NCBI RefSeq assembly: GCF_030028105.1
Contig: NC_092387.1
Coordinates: forward strand, 8,399,305 to 8,463,304
Length of the DNA stretch: 64,000 nucleotides
Direction: 5' to 3'
DNA from: Mobula birostris
Lineage: Eukaryota
Shown here: positions 61,320-64,000 of the stretch, one piece after another
Position numbering within the stretch: the first letter of the stretch is position 1
Layout of the letters: each line of letters opens with the position of its first letter
Notes under the pieces: generated by a model
Told to the model about the DNA's origin: nothing
Database searches by the model: none
The model's input: only the letters and a program-made list of their open reading frames with translations
Translations under genes and position numbers: made by a program

Positions 61320-61601
61320 AGTCGTGCTGGTGTAACGGTGCGAGATGGGGTGATGATTAACGTGGGATGTAGATTATGGGGTAGATTGACGGCAGCGAGA
61401 TGGGTGAAGGGCATGGTGGTGGAAGGGAGATGGGTTGACTGGGAGAGAAAGGCGGGCTGGTGTAATGAAGGGAGGGAGAGTAACGGGTACTGATTTGGGC
61501 AGACTCTTGAAATTATTCACAGAGATAGAATTTTGTTTTCTTTGTTTGAATATCGGAATCACTCACTGAGTTTCTTTTCTCACGAATCTGCTTACTGTCA
61601 G

Positions 61602-61682
61602 TTACCGGGAAAGAAGGATTTGTTCATTGAACCTGATCTGATGAGCCCACTGGACCGGATTGCAAATGTCTCCATTCTGAAG
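61602..61682 (+). CDS. VPS33B: VPS33B exon 2
   Basis: tgtcag|TTA...AAG|gtagga, 81 nt; [27 protein letters not shown]. The gene continues beyond the window. Confidence 0.95.
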
Positions 61683-61866
61683 GTAGGATGAAACCAAGTC
61701 TGAGACCCATTTGTCATCTCTGTCCAAGAACATCGTTTGTGACTACGACCCCATTCCTTCCATGACCCATTACAACCAATCGCACCATCATCTTCACCTG
61801 GGATCCATCTATTTCAGTTTCACATCTTCTCCATTCCTCTCCACCATTGCTATGCATTTGGCTGCC

Positions 61867-62345
61867 CAGACATACCACCCTGCAAAAACTCATTTCAGGG
61901 AGGTAGCACCATCAATTTGCAGGAGACTCCTGGAACTTCCAGGAGAGGTGGGATGTCTGCAATAGAGTAGCTCCTTAGCAGCTAGCCACCAGTTTAAATA
62001 ACGTTAGCTATGCTAAGGAACGAATGACACCTGTTAAACTCACCTCAACATGTCTTTTCCAGTCTTAACCCACCATGGGCAACAGAAAAGTCACTGTTGC
62101 AAACAGTGCAGCGAGCAACACTGTCATTATTTCTGACCCCTATCAGGCAGGGGTACACTTTAGTGTAGTCTGGGGTGACATACGTTATATATTTTTCTTT
62201 TTTTGAAACACTCTGCCATGGTGCGTGCTCTCTCGCTCGCAAAAAAACTCAATTTCCGGGATATTGTATATAATTTGGGGGCATCAGGGAGCCACTATCA
62301 ATATGTGGGAGACTCCCGGAACTTCCAGGAGAGGTGGGATGTCTG
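61867..62345 (-). mobile_element. Non-autonomous hAT-like element with BED-finger remnant
   Basis: TIRs cagacataccacc / ggtgggatgtctg; internal ~48-bp direct repeat; ORF 62045..62242 ARCTVCNSDFSVAHGG. Confidence 0.65.
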
Positions 62346-62679
62346 ACTGCCTCTCTAGTACACCACTGGGACAATAATCCTTTCCTCTGTTGCTCTGTTG
62401 TCTGAGCTGGTCACCCAGTAAGTTGTGTATTAAATACTGTGAAAGCATCCAGTGTGACGACAGCATGGAACAAATAGATCATCTGGCAATTGAACGCTCA
62501 GAAGCACGTAGATATTACTGCTTAACATTTGCCTTCCCGTCAACAGTTATGATTTGTTAGTTAGAGATGCAGCGCGGAACGAGCACTTTCGGCCCAATGA
62601 TCAGCACTGTTTAGCAACCCACTTATTTAACCCAAGCCTAGTCACTCTGGAGAATTTAGAATGACCAGTTAACCTACGA

Positions 62680-62880
62680 GTCGGCCGGTGGTGTAGTAGC
62701 ATCTGCACTCGACTTTGAGGTGAATGGTCCTGGGTTCGAATCTGGCCGGCTCCTTGAACGCTTTCCGTCCCTGCTGGGTTGAGTGTCAAGCTGGCAACTT
62801 GGCCTTGTAAAAACAGACAAAATTGCTACAGAAACGGCAAAGTTGTTGCTCGATGCGCCACAAGGTTCAGAAAAGAACAA
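62680..62880 (+). mobile_element. tRNA-derived SINE
   Basis: ggtggtgtagtag A-box and ggttcgaatc B-box followed by a non-tRNA body. Confidence 0.55.
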
Positions 62881-63339
62881 TGGTTAACCTACTAACTGGT
62901 ATGATTTTGGACTGTGGGAGGAAACCTTAGTACCCGGAGGAAAACAATAGGCTTCACAGGGAGAACATAAAACCCCCCTACAGGACACATTGGAATTGAA
63001 CTCCGAACTGTGACCCCGAGTTGTAATAGCTTTACACTAACCGCTACTCTACCATGGCTAATCCATGGTAAGAGACACTTTGAGTGGTGCTGACCTGACA
63101 GGGTGGCAGCTGAATGCATAGATTGATTTGTTGGATTGATTTAATATTTCAGACATCAGAAAATGTCTGCGATCATTGTTGAATCATTCCTTGCGTTTGG
63201 ATTTCCAGGGTTTTCTAAAAGCAAAATATTACAGGTGCTGAAAATGTCAAATAAAATCAGGAAGTGTTAGAATTACTCAACATTTTAGGGGCAGAAAGAA
63301 TTAATGTTTCAGGATGATGATTTTTTATTTGATCTGGGT

Positions 63340-64000
63340 AAGATCTAGGAGCAGAATTAGACCATTCGGCAACTCGAGCCTGCTCCGCCATTCCATCATT
63401 AGTGATTTATTATCCCTCTCAACTCTAGTCTCCTGCCTTCTCCCAGTAGCCTTTGATGTCCTGATTAATCAAGAACCTATTAGGCTCTGCTTTAAAGATA
63501 CTCAGTGACTTACCCTGTTCAGCTGTCTGTGGCAAAGAATTTTGCAGATTCACCACCCTCTGCCTAAAGAAATTTTCCTCATTTCTGTTCTAAATGGGCA
63601 TCCCTCCATTCTGAAGCTGTGCTGTCTGGTCTTAGACTCCCCCACTATAGGAGGCATCCTCTCCACATGCACTCTGTCCAGACCTTTCATAGGTTTCAAT
63701 GAGATCCCCCCTGATTTTTCTAAATTTCCTGTGAGTACAGGCACAGAGCCATCAAATGCTCCTCATACAATAATCCTTACTTTCCTGGGATATCTGATCC
63801 TATATGTTATTCCTGAGAGCATTCTCGAGAACCTCTTCTGGACTCTGCCAATGCTAGCACACATTCTTGCTTAGATAAGGGGCCCAAAACTGTTCACAGT
63901 ACTACAAGTGTGGTCTGAGTAATACCTTATAAAGCTTCAGCATTATATCCTTGCTTTTGTATTCTGGTCCTTTAGAAAAGAATGCCAACATTGCATTTTC
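63340..64000 (-). mobile_element. CR1 LINE 3' fragment
   Basis: Reverse complement of the CR1 copies at 14176 and 29835; ORF 63550..63744 GLDRVHVERM...ESKTRQHS. Confidence 0.8.

Noticed and set aside
61070-61414. 114-aa Pro-rich minus-strand ORF, or a CRISPR-like array
   Set aside because: It is the translation of a tandem minisatellite with no unique spacers, in eukaryotic DNA.
1500-63900. Numerous 60-150-aa ORFs in the six-frame track (e.g. MLEELSRSGSI-, MLPDLLSSSSI-type)
   Set aside because: They are recurring translations of SINE, pLTR and LINE repeats or antisense shadows of real ORFs, with no splice or homology support.

Overview
Vertebrate genomic DNA, most likely a cartilaginous fish (a ray); this is inferred from the CR1/V-SINE/Penelope/Rex repeat content and the gene sequences. 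Four intron-containing host genes lie on the + strand: the 3' exons of a TTLL13-like tubulin polyglutamylase (5.2-22.9 kb), complete NGRN (3 exons, 309 aa), complete HDDC3/MESH1 (4 exons, 180 aa) and exons 1-2 of VPS33B. The rest is largely nested transposable elements, including a near-intact 5.3-kb I-group (Nimb-like) LINE with RNase H in HDDC3 intron 1, a Tc1, a decayed hAT, three solo LTRs, MITEs and Penelope-like fragments. Three observations stand out. (1) The 5' end of the dead hAT is present as a ~440-bp inverted duplicate: one copy ends 17 nt before the HDDC3 ATG, in frame with it, and the other abuts the VPS33B promoter, suggesting rearrangement and promoter capture. (2) Many Penelope-derived repeats carry minimal hammerhead-ribozyme cores. 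(3) A putative TTLL13 last coding exon is duplicated 9 kb downstream, bracketed by these ribozyme-bearing repeats. All coordinates and identities were read by eye; no database searches were run.
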